Shown here: one piece after another, positions 38,240 through 48,651 of the stretch | Layout: the number at the start of each line of letters is the position of its first letter | Numbering within the stretch: the stretch's first letter is position 1 | DNA from: Capnocytophaga sp. | Lineage (GTDB): Bacteria; Bacteroidota; Bacteroidia; Flavobacteriales; Flavobacteriaceae | Assembly: GCF_030532915.1 (NCBI RefSeq) | Contig: NZ_JAUNKD010000014.1 | Span: 1,539 to 65,538 of the forward strand | DNA length: 64,000 bases | Direction: 5' to 3' | Translations under genes and position numbers: made by a program | The notes under the pieces: generated by a model | What the model was told of the DNA's origin: nothing | Database searches by the model: none | Seen by the model: the letters and a program-made list of their open reading frames with translations, nothing else

Positions 38240-38447
38240 TACACTGTTTTTTGAGGATTTTTCAAAAAAAAGAGGTGAAAACGGAATTAAATAAAAAAAC
38301 GGTGTTTTACAACTTTAAATACTATTGCTTTAAAATGGAAGCTATTAATTTGTAAATTTTTGGATTCGTTTCTGTGGGTTAGCTTGCCCATAGGAGCGTT
38401 TTTTTATAATTTTAAAAAATATTAACTAATTAACAACTAATGTAGAG

Positions 38448-41400
38448 ATGGTGAATTTATTAAGAAAATCTGGAGCAAGGAAAGGAAGATGGATACTTCT
38501 TGCATTGCTCATCAACGGATTTTGGATGGCATCGGCTTCGAATGGGGTCGAAAATTTGCGTGAGGGCTACGAAGAAATAGTCCAACAACGTACCAAGAAG
38601 GTAAGTGGTATGGTTACGGACGCCAATGGTGAACCGCTTCCGGGAGTGAACGTTTTGGTAAAGGGGACTTCTGTTGGGGTGGTTACGGATTTTGACGGAA
38701 ACTTTGAGATTAACGTTCCGGAAGGGAAGACCGAGTTGGTGTTTTCATACATCGGTTTTAAGGATCAGACTCTTACAGTGACGCAGGCGCGCTCGGGCGT
38801 TAAAATTGTTTTACAAGAGGATACACAACAGCTTGACGAAGTGGTAGTAACCGCTTTGGGTATCAAACGCCAAGAAAAAGCGTTGAGTTACAACGTGCAG
38901 CAGGTAAAATCTGATGAACTTACCCGTGTGAAAGATGCAAACTTTGTAAACAGTCTTAACGGTAAAGTTGCCGGGGTAAATATCCAACGAAGTGCTGCCG
39001 GAGTAGGAGGTGCTACTAAAGTGGTGATGCGGGGCTCTAAATCCCTTGAAGGAAATAACGGGGTGCTTTACGTAATCGACGGGGTGCCAATGTATAACTT
39101 CCAAACTCGCGAAGGAGGTGGAGGTGTAGGCACCAAACCAGTCAGTGGAGAAAGTATTTCAGACATTAATCCAGATGATATTGAAAGTATCAACGTACTT
39201 ACAGGTCCTTCGGCGGCAGCTCTTTACGGTAGTGAGGCAGCTAACGGTGTTATACTTATCAACACTAAAAAAGGTAAAGAAGGGAAAATGGAGGTTACAG
39301 CTTCCAGTGGTTTGGAGTTTTTGACTGTTGGTATCCTTCCTGAATTTCAAAATACTTATGGAAGCGTAAGAGGTTCACACAGAAGTTGGGGGGAGAAATT
39401 AGAAACTCCTTCGGATTTTAATCCTAAGGGTTTTTTTAACACAGGGACTAATATAAATAATTCTGTTACCCTTTCTACCGGAAATAAACAAAACCAAACT
39501 TTTGTGTCTGTTTCTCAGACTGATGCGAAAGGGTTGATTCCATCCAATGCTTATTATCGTTATAATATTGGAGCCAGAAATACATCTTCTTTTTTGGATG
39601 ATAAATTGCATTTGGATGTAAGTGCAAACTACATTTTGCAAGGAGATAGAAATATGATTACAGGAGGAGGTTACTATAATCCGTTGGTGGCTTTGTATTT
39701 GATGCCTCGCAGTATGGATTATCGTGATATCCAAGCGTATGAGAGATATAATCCCGAGCGTGGTATTCACGAAAAATATCAACCCTACGGAGAGAGACCT
39801 GGTATAGGAATTGCGTTTTCAGAAAATCCTTATTGGGTAGCTAATAGACAGATATTTTTGTCGAACAAGAAACGTTATATGTTTTCTGCGGCTTTGAAAT
39901 ATGATATATTGGATTGGTTAAATGTTTCAGGACGCGTTCGTATAGACAATACAGATGCTATTTTGGAAGAAAAAATTTATGCAAGTTCAACGTTACTTTT
40001 GGCAATATCAAACAAAGGACGCTATGCACACAAAAGTGCTAAGTATGACCAAACTTACGCGGATGTAATCTTCAATATGAATAAGGATTTTGGAGAAAAT
40101 TTGAATTTGGTAGCTAACGTAGGAGCGAGTTTTAATGACCGTTATGAACACGGAGTTTCAATAGGAGGTCCTTTGTTACACGTTCCTAATTTGTTCTCTG
40201 CTCCAAATTTAGATCCTGCACACCCTGGACAAGGACAATCGTATAACCGAAACAGAAATGTAGCTGTTTTTGCAAGTGGAGAATTGGGGTATAAGCGTAT
40301 GTTGTATTTAACTTTAACAGGACGTAATGACTGGTCTTCTCAATTGGTGAATTCAAAAGAGCCATCTTTCTTTTACCCGTCAGTTGGACTTTCTGCTGTT
40401 GTGTCGGAAATGCTTATAATGCCTAAATTTATAAATTACTTTAAGGTGAGAGCTTCATACACCGAAGTAGGTTCTCCTATTAGTAGAACGGGGCTTACAC
40501 CAGGTACGATTACTCACGGTTTGGGTAATTCCGGAATTCAGGCTCGTTCGGAATATCCTTTCCCTGATTTTAAAGCAGAAAGAACTCGTTCGTGGGAAGC
40601 AGGTGTTAATGCTAAATTCTTCAACGGTTTAGGATTTGATTTAACTCTTTATAAATCAAACACATTTAATCAATTTTTTGAGCAAGAATTATCAGCCTCA
40701 TCGCCATATAGCAAATTTTATTTGCAAGCAGGTAATATTGAAAATCGTGGTATTGAGTTAGGACTTAATTACAATAAAGAGATATTTAAAGGCTTTACTT
40801 GGGATTCATCATTTACGTATTCGAGAAACATTAATGAAATTATTGAACTAGTTAACGGCTACACAAATCCATTTACAGGTGCAGATTTGACATTTACTGA
40901 ATTGTATAAAGGAGGAAATCGTTTAGTTGTAGGAGGAAGTATGGCTGATATTACTACTACAGGTGTACTTCTTCGTGACGCGAATGGAAATTTGATAGAA
41001 GAGGGAGCCGATAAGTATAAAGTGGATAAATCACAGATTATTAAGTTAGGGCGTTCTACTCCTGATTTCACAATGGGTTGGAGAAACTCTTTTGATTACA
41101 AAGGATTTAATTTAGCTTTTGTGTTTAACGGATACTTCGGAGGTGTGGTTCAGTCTGATACTCAGGCATTTTTAGATGCTTTTGGAGTTTCGAAAGTTTC
41201 CGCAGAAGCTCGTGATAATGGAGGTGTTTGGGTTAACGGAAAACAGTATTCTGCTGAAAGATATTACAGAACCATAGGTGATGAGCAATTGGGTGGATAT
41301 TACACTTATGATGCTACAAACGTTCGTTTGCAAGAAGTTGCTTTGAGTTATAGTCTTGATGGAAAGTTGATAAGTGATAAAATCAAGCGTATCACATTGG

Positions 41401-41549
41401 GAGTAACGGGAACTAATCTTTGGATGATTTACAACAAAGCTCCTTTTGACCCACAAGTAACCGGAGGTACTGGAACGTATGCTGCAAGAGAGTTTTTCCA
41501 AGTTCCGAGTATGAAAACTTATGGGCTTAATGTTAAATTACAATTCTAA
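38448..41549 (+). CDS. SusC/RagA-family TonB-dependent receptor (GpdC-like)
   Basis: 1033 aa; N-terminal plug/TonB box (VVVTALGIKRQEKALSYNV), barrel ending …LNVKLQF. Confidence 0.9.
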   Translation: MVNLLRKSGARKGRWILLALLINGFWMASASNGVENLREGYEEIVQQRTKKVSGMVTDANGEPLPGVNVLVKGTSVGVVTDFDGNFEINVPEGKTELVFSYIGFKDQTLTVTQARSGVKIVLQEDTQQLDEVVVTALGIKRQEKALSYNVQQVKSDELTRVKDANFVNSLNGKVAGVNIQRSAAGVGGATKVVMRGSKSLEGNNGVLYVIDGVPMYNFQTREGGGGVGTKPVSGESISDINPDDIESINVLTGPSAAALYGSEAANGVILINTKKGKEGKMEVTASSGLEFLTVGILPEFQNTYGSVRGSHRSWGEKLETPSDFNPKGFFNTGTNINNSVTLSTGNKQNQTFVSVSQTDAKGLIPSNAYYRYNIGARNTSSFLDDKLHLDVSANYILQGDRNMITGGGYYNPLVALYLMPRSMDYRDIQAYERYNPERGIHEKYQPYGERPGIGIAFSENPYWVANRQIFLSNKKRYMFSAALKYDILDWLNVSGRVRIDNTDAILEEKIYASSTLLLAISNKGRYAHKSAKYDQTYADVIFNMNKDFGENLNLVANVGASFNDRYEHGVSIGGPLLHVPNLFSAPNLDPAHPGQGQSYNRNRNVAVFASGELGYKRMLYLTLTGRNDWSSQLVNSKEPSFFYPSVGLSAVVSEMLIMPKFINYFKVRASYTEVGSPISRTGLTPGTITHGLGNSGIQARSEYPFPDFKAERTRSWEAGVNAKFFNGLGFDLTLYKSNTFNQFFEQELSASSPYSKFYLQAGNIENRGIELGLNYNKEIFKGFTWDSSFTYSRNINEIIELVNGYTNPFTGADLTFTELYKGGNRLVVGGSMADITTTGVLLRDANGNLIEEGADKYKVDKSQIIKLGRSTPDFTMGWRNSFDYKGFNLAFVFNGYFGGVVQSDTQAFLDAFGVSKVSAEARDNGGVWVNGKQYSAERYYRTIGDEQLGGYYTYDATNVRLQEVALSYSLDGKLISDKIKRITLGVTGTNLWMIYNKAPFDPQVTGGTGTYAAREFFQVPSMKTYGLNVKLQF

Positions 41550-41562
41550 ATAATAGATAATT

Positions 41563-43221
41563 ATGAAGTTAAGATATATAGAAAGATACAAGGCCATTGC
41601 TTTATTGGCTGTATCAGGAGTATTTTTAACCACTTCTTGTGCAAAATTTGAGGAAATTAATACTAATCAATTACTTCCTACCGACAAACACAAGCAGTTA
41701 GATGGGTTGGCATCAGGAGGTTTATTTCCGGGGTTGATGCAAAAGGTAATCCCTACGGGTAACGGAGGTACGGATTTTCCTAATACGTATCAGAATGTTA
41801 TCAATATGACAGGGGATAACTGGATTGGTTACTTTTCACCCGGCGCATATCCTTGGGATGGGGGTTCAAGTTTCCCTAACTATTATGCAACAGATGGTCG
41901 TTTAGATGGTGTTTTTGCTTCAATGAGTGACATTATGAACTCGTATTTGCAAGTTAAAGTGGCAACACACAATTTGGAAATTACTCCAGACAAAAAATAT
42001 GTGTTTCATAAGAAAGATTTGAAGGAACAGGCAATATATTCTGTTGCTCAGATTGTTAAGATTATGGGCTTTCATAGAGCTACGGATATGTTTGGACCTA
42101 TGCCTTACAGCAAAGTTGAGCCTGGGGTAACTTACGCCCCCTATGATTCACAAGAGGCTATTTACCAGTCTTTTTATGAAGAACTGAAAGAAGCTGTTAC
42201 AACATTAAATAATTACAAGGCATCTTCTGCAAAAATTATCCAAGATTACGATCCTGTATATCAAGGAAATGTTGAAAATTGGGTTAAATTAGGAAACTCG
42301 TTGATGTTACGTTTGGGACTTCGTGTGCGTTTTGCCGATAAAACGTTGGCAACTAACTTCATTACAACGGCTCTTGACCCCAACAACGGAGGCGTAATTA
42401 CAGAGGTTAAAGATGCGGCCAAATTGGTAAGTAACGGAAAGTACCGATTTTTCCATTCGTTGTATACGCTGTCTGTAACTTATAATGAGGTGAAAATGGG
42501 AGCAACTATTCACTCTTTTTTAAAGGGATATAACGATGCTCGAATTGAAAAGTATTTCCATAAAGGGAAAGATGATTTAAAAGAGGATTATCATTCAGTT
42601 CGTTTAGGAGTGCGAAACGGTGATTATAAAGGATTTTCTGCCCCTATTGTTGAGGAGAATTCAGCAACATATTGGATGCGCCCCTCTGAAGTCCAGTTTT
42701 TATTGGCAGAAGCACGTTTGGCAGGTATTATTACCGAGGGCACAGTGCAGGGTTACTATGAAAATGGGGTAGCACTTTCTTTCCAAGAAGCAGGTGCGTC
42801 ATTAGGAGATTATTTACGAGTGTCGGCAACTCCGGCAAGTTATACAGATCCTAAAAATGCCCAAAATAATCTTTCTAACGTAAGTACAGTTGATAGAAAG
42901 TGGGACGAAGGAGATATTGATGAGGTTAAACTTGAAAAAATTATTACACAGAAATATCTCGCTATATTTCCTGATGGATTAGAAGCGTGGAGTGAATGGA
43001 GAAGAACAGGATACCCCAGAATTTTCAAAGAAGTACAAAATTTGAGTAATATTGGGGCTGTTGGGGTTTCTGCAAGTGGTAAAAACGGAGGAATGAGAAG
43101 ATTTCCTTTCCCACTTAAAGAACATCGATTAAATAAAGACAACGTAGCAGCTGCCAAAGGAATGTTAGGAGGAGTAGATAAGGCTTCTACCAATGTTTGG
43201 TGGGATAAGAAATCTAAATAA
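41563..43221 (+). CDS. SusD/RagB-family lipoprotein (GpdD-like)
   Basis: 552 aa, lipobox LTTSCAKFEE, SusD-like_3 pattern. Confidence 0.8.
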   Translation: MKLRYIERYKAIALLAVSGVFLTTSCAKFEEINTNQLLPTDKHKQLDGLASGGLFPGLMQKVIPTGNGGTDFPNTYQNVINMTGDNWIGYFSPGAYPWDGGSSFPNYYATDGRLDGVFASMSDIMNSYLQVKVATHNLEITPDKKYVFHKKDLKEQAIYSVAQIVKIMGFHRATDMFGPMPYSKVEPGVTYAPYDSQEAIYQSFYEELKEAVTTLNNYKASSAKIIQDYDPVYQGNVENWVKLGNSLMLRLGLRVRFADKTLATNFITTALDPNNGGVITEVKDAAKLVSNGKYRFFHSLYTLSVTYNEVKMGATIHSFLKGYNDARIEKYFHKGKDDLKEDYHSVRLGVRNGDYKGFSAPIVEENSATYWMRPSEVQFLLAEARLAGIITEGTVQGYYENGVALSFQEAGASLGDYLRVSATPASYTDPKNAQNNLSNVSTVDRKWDEGDIDEVKLEKIITQKYLAIFPDGLEAWSEWRRTGYPRIFKEVQNLSNIGAVGVSASGKNGGMRRFPFPLKEHRLNKDNVAAAKGMLGGVDKASTNVWWDKKSK

Positions 43222-43233
43222 ATTATAGTAATT

Positions 43234-44592
43234 ATGAAAAAATATATAATAGGACTAGCAGTAGCTTCGATAGTTTTGACTTCCTGTGATAAGGATTGGA
43301 CAAAATCTGAAGCAGACATAGAGAGCTTTGAAAAAATCGCTCTTGAAGATTTGAAAGAAAAAAGAGACCAGTATAAGTGGACAAAAGAAAGTGAAATTAC
43401 CGGAGAATCAAAAGCGGTTATGGACAAGTATTTTGCCGAACTTACTGAATACAAGAAAAAAGCTTGGCTTAACGGAGGTGACGAAGTTGGGCAAAAACCA
43501 ATGTTTTATTTTTGGTATGCAGATTGGAATGCTACACCGGGGATTCCTAAATCTTGGTTGCAATCAATTCCTGATTCAGTTACGTGTGTTTCTATTTGGG
43601 GTGGTCTTGGGGGAAAACGACCTTCTGAGTTGACTCCGGAGCAGAAAAAGGATATTGAAGTTTTTCATCAGAAAGGAAGTGCTATTTTAATGTGTTGGCA
43701 AACCCCTAGTGTGGGTATTGCTTTGCCCGGTAAAAAAGATGGAAGTATAGATGGGTATCGATATTTCCGTGAAAAATATCCTTTTGACACACGTTATGAA
43801 AAATGGGCAGAAATTTATGCTCGTGAATTATCACGCTACATTATAGCCCTTGACTTTGATGGTTATGATGTGGATTGGGAAACTTGTGGAGATCATAGAA
43901 AAGATTTAACAGAAGAAGAAGCAAAAAAATCTATTCCGTTAATGGTGGATCATCAAAACCCTGATAGTAATATAGCAAAGTTTGTCAGAGAAATGGCTAA
44001 ATATTTTGGGCCTGTTGGAGCAGAACACACTGTAAAAACACAGCAAGAGCGAGAGCGTAATTTACAGGCTTTGTTTGATGCTGGTACAGCAGGCTTTGAT
44101 CCCAAAGAGACTGAACTTATTGAAGAACTTAAGCCATTCTTGCCTAAAAACTATCTTACAAAAAGATACTATTTCTGTGCGGACGTGCCTTGCGGTGTTG
44201 CGAGAGTTTTTGAAACTGAATTTGAACAACACTTTGATAAGCATTTTATGCAGGATTACACAATCGGAGGAGTAGGAACCCATATTAAACAATTGGGAGG
44301 AAAACTTTACAATTCCACCAGTGCAAACTATCAATCAGGAGGTTTTGGTGTAGTTCCGGCCAAAGCAAGAGCTATTAGTAATAAACAAATATGGGGCTTT
44401 GGGGCTTATCACGGAGGAACAGATTATGGTAAATCAAGTGATGATCCTCAGTTTCAGGTGTATATGAGTAGTAATGGAGTAAAAAGAAAATACAATCACT
44501 ATGCTTGGACAAGGGAGGCAATACGCATAGCAGATCCTCGTCCTTCATACTTTAATACCAAAGAGTTTGACCAAGTGATTATAACCCCTTAA
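43234..44592 (+). CDS. GH18 endo-beta-N-acetylglucosaminidase-like lipoprotein (GpdG-like)
   Basis: Lipobox VLTSCDKD; GH18 catalytic DxxDxDxE motif ALDFDGYDVDWE. Confidence 0.75.
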   Translation: MKKYIIGLAVASIVLTSCDKDWTKSEADIESFEKIALEDLKEKRDQYKWTKESEITGESKAVMDKYFAELTEYKKKAWLNGGDEVGQKPMFYFWYADWNATPGIPKSWLQSIPDSVTCVSIWGGLGGKRPSELTPEQKKDIEVFHQKGSAILMCWQTPSVGIALPGKKDGSIDGYRYFREKYPFDTRYEKWAEIYARELSRYIIALDFDGYDVDWETCGDHRKDLTEEEAKKSIPLMVDHQNPDSNIAKFVREMAKYFGPVGAEHTVKTQQERERNLQALFDAGTAGFDPKETELIEELKPFLPKNYLTKRYYFCADVPCGVARVFETEFEQHFDKHFMQDYTIGGVGTHIKQLGGKLYNSTSANYQSGGFGVVPAKARAISNKQIWGFGAYHGGTDYGKSSDDPQFQVYMSSNGVKRKYNHYAWTREAIRIADPRPSYFNTKEFDQVIITP

Positions 44593-44596
44593 TATT

Positions 44597-45889
44597 ATGA
44601 TAATGAAAAAAATAATTTTTAAAACAGCTATGTTGGCTATGTTTGCTGGCATTATGGCTTGTGATACAGAACTTGATACCGTGCCGGGTTATGTGAACGG
44701 GAACGTTAGTGGTTCAGCTACTACTAGTGCGGGTGCTTATATGAGTAAAACAAGTGCCACGGTGGTTTTCCCAAAAGAAACTGAAGGAGGAGAAACAATA
44801 ATTGAACCTCGATTAACGGATATAGCAGCAGCAGATACCAAAATAACTCTTTCGGTTGAGGATTATCTGACAGCATTTAATCAAAATAACAATACTGAGT
44901 ATCAAATGCTGCCATTGGAAGGGTTTGAGATGTACGAGGAAGCAAATCCTGCTAACAAGATGAGAAACGGAAAACTTACTGTAACCGTTAAAAAAGGAAA
45001 TTTTTCTTCAAAGGTACGAGTAAAAGTAAATCCACTATTGGAAACCAAGTATCCTATCAGTAATCGATATGCCATACCGGTGCGGATTGCTTCTACTTCG
45101 GCTGCTCGTGTTTTAAGTGATGGTAAAGATGCTTTGGTAACGTTTTCGCGTCCGTTCAAAACCTCGGTACTTGAACTTCCACGTGGAAGATCGTTTGTTT
45201 TAAAGCTGTCCGATGAGATAAAAGAAAGTTCCGAATTTACTATACAAGCCCAATTTATGTTTCACGACCAATGGACAGAATATGAGCCTAAAACGATTAA
45301 TATGACTCTGATGAATATGGGATATTATTCACGTGTTTACCCTCACGCTATCCAAATTAAGGATGGATCATCAGATGGAGATGATACGCACGCTAAATAT
45401 GATATGAAACTTGATACTTGGTATCAAGTGACTTTCACTTTCAAAGATAATGACTTTAAGGTGTATTTGAATGGAGAACTTATTAAAGTATTCCGTAGAG
45501 CAAATTTAAGAATTCGTCCTGGTTACGGAATAAGTATTTTAAATCCACAGAATTCGTATTCTACACGTACTCATATTAGAGAATTTAGATTGTGGGATAG
45601 AGTGCTATCGGATGCGGAAATTAAGGATAAGCTATATTTGCCTGTAAATCCGGAGAGTGAGGGTTTAGTAGCTTATTTGCCTATGGATAAGAAAAATGTG
45701 TTTAAGGATATTTCAAAATATAAGAATGAAGTAAGTCTGAATATTGGTATAGGTCCAAATAGTGGTAACCAGGATCATCCTAGGGATCGCTATGTTAAGG
45801 ATAATGTAGAAATAGAAGAATTTACACATTCTTGGACGGATAATGTAAAATTTCCATCAAAGGATAATAAATTAGAGATAGAACCTTAA
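44597..45889 (+). CDS. surface lipoprotein with C-terminal concanavalin/LamG-like domain (GpdE-like)
   Basis: Lipobox FAGIMACDTE; C-terminal …DTWYQVTFTFKDNDFKVYLNGELIKVF… typical of LamG_3 lectin-like fold. Confidence 0.6.
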   Translation: MIMKKIIFKTAMLAMFAGIMACDTELDTVPGYVNGNVSGSATTSAGAYMSKTSATVVFPKETEGGETIIEPRLTDIAAADTKITLSVEDYLTAFNQNNNTEYQMLPLEGFEMYEEANPANKMRNGKLTVTVKKGNFSSKVRVKVNPLLETKYPISNRYAIPVRIASTSAARVLSDGKDALVTFSRPFKTSVLELPRGRSFVLKLSDEIKESSEFTIQAQFMFHDQWTEYEPKTINMTLMNMGYYSRVYPHAIQIKDGSSDGDDTHAKYDMKLDTWYQVTFTFKDNDFKVYLNGELIKVFRRANLRIRPGYGISILNPQNSYSTRTHIREFRLWDRVLSDAEIKDKLYLPVNPESEGLVAYLPMDKKNVFKDISKYKNEVSLNIGIGPNSGNQDHPRDRYVKDNVEIEEFTHSWTDNVKFPSKDNKLEIEP

Positions 45890-45900
45890 AAATAATAAAG

Positions 45901-47337
45901 ATGAAAAAGATAATATATACACTTTTAAGCGCAGGAGTTTTGTTTTCCTGTGGTAAAGATGAAATTTCCATAGAGAAAAACCTCAATCTTGATTGGGAGG
46001 TTGATCAAAAAGTAATCGAAGAAGATATTCGTAGCCGTATTGGTTATGATCCCAATTTTGAGTACGTGTTCTTGCCTAATGGCTATGCGGATATTCCTAT
46101 GATTTCTTTTTCTACACTAAATATTGTAGAAAATAATGTTCGTGATGTGGAGGCAAAGTTTCTCAAACCGCTTCAAAAAGATTGTAAATTAGTATTGGAA
46201 TATGATGCAAGTCTTTTTGAGAAAATTAAAGCAACCTTTCCTGATTACGAACTGGGGGAAGCTAGTTTGGTAAAAATTGCCGAACCTGAAAAAAGCCTAA
46301 CCAAGGATGCTACCGGAACAACTTTTCAAGTAGAAGTAGCAAACAATTCAAGTTTTACCAAAAAACTATTGGTGCCTTTTTCACTCAAAGTAAAAGAAGG
46401 AGATAAGATTAAGGTTTTTGAAGAAAATTCCTTCTTTGTTGTGAAAATTCACCCTGAGAATATCAGTTTGGATTTTCCTGCGTCTATCAATATTGATGGC
46501 CAGATGAATTATGGGGAAGCCCAATTATCTCCCTACGTGACCGTTAAGGTACAATCTTCAAAACCGATTCCTACCAATGTTAAATTAGGCTTGGTTCGTG
46601 ACAATACATTGTTACCGGAAGGAAGTACATTGGCTCCTGAAGGAATGGAGGGAGATTTATCTGAAGAAGATTGGGTTGATTTCCAGAATAAAACAGAAGC
46701 AGAGTTTCGACTTTATCTTGAAAATACAGAGCAAATAACAGAGGCAGGGACTTATGTTCTCCCTTTGAAGTTGGTAATGTATGATGAGAATAAGCAAGCG
46801 TATAAAGTTCCTGAGGAACAAATTTTGTTAAATGTCAGAGTTGTAGAAAAACATAATTTGCAATCTGATCATTCTGAATTGATAGATTTTCGTTGGAAAG
46901 GAGTTGACAAAAACTCTATTACGTCTTCTGCTAAAAATGGAACGATTTATGGGTTAAATAGAAGTCACGATGGTTTGTCTCGTACATCTGTTAACATTCC
47001 AACTGGGAATAAAAATTTAGAGCTCACCTATGCTTTTGACACGTCTCGAAAGATAAAAGCAATTGTTTTAAGGGTTAATGCTTATAAGAATAGTTATTAT
47101 TTATCTTCTATCAAAAGTGTTAAGGTTACTTCGATTAAAAACTCCGTTTTTGAATCAAAAACACAGGTTCAAGGGGTAGCCACTTTTGATCCGGAAGGAG
47201 GTAATAGCGTTTTAAGAATTATATTTGATAAACCCTTGGAGCAAATAGATGGAATTACGTTGAGTGATTTTATGCCAACAAATGAGAAAGGGTATATTTA
47301 TTCTCTGTATGAAATAGATTTCTATGAAGAAGAATAA
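45901..47337 (+). CDS. surface lipoprotein, DUF1735/BACON-like (GpdF-like)
   Basis: Lipobox VLFSCGKDE; last gene of the locus before a strong hairpin. Confidence 0.55.
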   Translation: MKKIIYTLLSAGVLFSCGKDEISIEKNLNLDWEVDQKVIEEDIRSRIGYDPNFEYVFLPNGYADIPMISFSTLNIVENNVRDVEAKFLKPLQKDCKLVLEYDASLFEKIKATFPDYELGEASLVKIAEPEKSLTKDATGTTFQVEVANNSSFTKKLLVPFSLKVKEGDKIKVFEENSFFVVKIHPENISLDFPASINIDGQMNYGEAQLSPYVTVKVQSSKPIPTNVKLGLVRDNTLLPEGSTLAPEGMEGDLSEEDWVDFQNKTEAEFRLYLENTEQITEAGTYVLPLKLVMYDENKQAYKVPEEQILLNVRVVEKHNLQSDHSELIDFRWKGVDKNSITSSAKNGTIYGLNRSHDGLSRTSVNIPTGNKNLELTYAFDTSRKIKAIVLRVNAYKNSYYLSSIKSVKVTSIKNSVFESKTQVQGVATFDPEGGNSVLRIIFDKPLEQIDGITLSDFMPTNEKGYIYSLYEIDFYEEE

Positions 47338-47382
47338 TTTCTAAAAGGATAAACTCTTTTTTGAGTAATTTTATTAAAGAAA

Positions 47383-47420
47383 CGGGCCATTCAAAATTTT
47401 GAATGGCCCGCTTTCTTATG
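47383..47420 (+). terminator. terminator hairpin after the SusC/SusD/GH18 locus
   Basis: CGGGCCATTCAAAA-TTTTGAATGGCCCG perfect palindrome followed by CTTTCTT. Confidence 0.6.
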
Positions 47421-47689
47421 GATATTGTTTGCATGTGGTAATCTCAACCAAAATAAACCTAAATTTTTCTAAAATTTTAACGACTATTATTTTTTTTGAA
47501 TTTTAATGAATAATGGCTTGATAGGTGTTTTCTTCTTAAAAATTTAACTATTTAACAGCATTAAATTTGCTCTTACGCTTTATTTTTTTTAATTTTCTTC
47601 AATACTTTAACATTTGCCTGTTTGCAAAAGAAATCGTAAATTTGCCCCAAGAAATTAACTTATTATTAACTCTTTAATACGAATGAATT

Positions 47690-48553
47690 ATGTTGAGGAT
47701 TTTATTTATGCTAAGTTTGGTAGTATCCGTATTTAATGTTTCCGTTGCACAAGTGGGCACGCCCGAAAAGCCATTGAGCAGACTGGAAGACTACCAATTA
47801 AGAGGAAAGGTCAAAACGTATAAATTAACACCCTATCACGTGCTTGACTCTTTCGGAATTATCAGAAAAGACAAAAAACCCACTTTTTGGAAAGGTGACA
47901 TCCTTTCAATGTTTGACAATAAAGGCTACAAAGTGGAAAGTGAAGTTTACAACCGCTTAGGCAAACTTCAAAACAAAATCATTTACAAATACGATGACAA
48001 AAACCGCCGCTTATCACGTGATGTTTACGGTGAAAACGGACTTATTAAACACAAATACGTATATGTATATGATGAAAACGGACACAAAACAGCTTATCAA
48101 TGTTACAGTGACCGTGGCGAAATAATGGAATCGTGGTTGTACAGCAATGACAACAGAGGGCGTGAAACCGAAGTGATTCATCAAACGCCAAAACGCTCGC
48201 CCGAAATGCGAAAATACACCTATAAATATGACAATGCGGGTAAACTCATTGAGCTGACAAAATTTGCCAAAAACAATATGCCCGAAATCACTTGGAAATA
48301 CAATTACGACAAAAGAGGGCAAGTAGTCGTATTGTACACATACAAAGGAGATAAATTATTCCGTAGGAAAACAACTAGTTATGACGCGTATAGTAACCCC
48401 GTAAAATCAATGGAATACGACGGGAACGGGCGTTTCATCGAGGAAACTGACTACGAATACCAATTCGATAACCACGGAAATTGGATACAACGTGTTGATT
48501 ACGTGAATAGTTTTCCGAAAATTATGTACGAACGAGAAATTACATATTATTAA
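47690..48553 (+). CDS. small secreted YD-repeat (RHS-repeat-like) protein
   Basis: 287 aa, signal peptide, at least 7 copies of YxYD(x)xG(x)L-type repeats (IYKYDDKNRRL, YVYDENGHK, YKYDNAGKLI, YNYDKRGQVV, EYDGNGRFI, QFDNHGNWI); candidate -7 box TAaaTTTG at 47637. Confidence 0.65.
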   Translation: MLRILFMLSLVVSVFNVSVAQVGTPEKPLSRLEDYQLRGKVKTYKLTPYHVLDSFGIIRKDKKPTFWKGDILSMFDNKGYKVESEVYNRLGKLQNKIIYKYDDKNRRLSRDVYGENGLIKHKYVYVYDENGHKTAYQCYSDRGEIMESWLYSNDNRGRETEVIHQTPKRSPEMRKYTYKYDNAGKLIELTKFAKNNMPEITWKYNYDKRGQVVVLYTYKGDKLFRRKTTSYDAYSNPVKSMEYDGNGRFIEETDYEYQFDNHGNWIQRVDYVNSFPKIMYEREITYY

Positions 48554-48597
48554 TTTAGTTATTGCACATAGATTTTGTTTGTGAGATTCACTTAAAA

Positions 48598-48632
48598 AAA
48601 CCTCATTCGGCGATGGCTGAATGAGGTTTTTG
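48598..48632. terminator. bidirectional terminator between the YD-repeat gene and the small HflK-C-like gene
   Basis: CCTCATTC-ggcgatggct-GAATGAGG flanked by A7 and T5. Confidence 0.7.
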
Positions 48633-48651
48633 ATTGGATAATACGAGGTTT

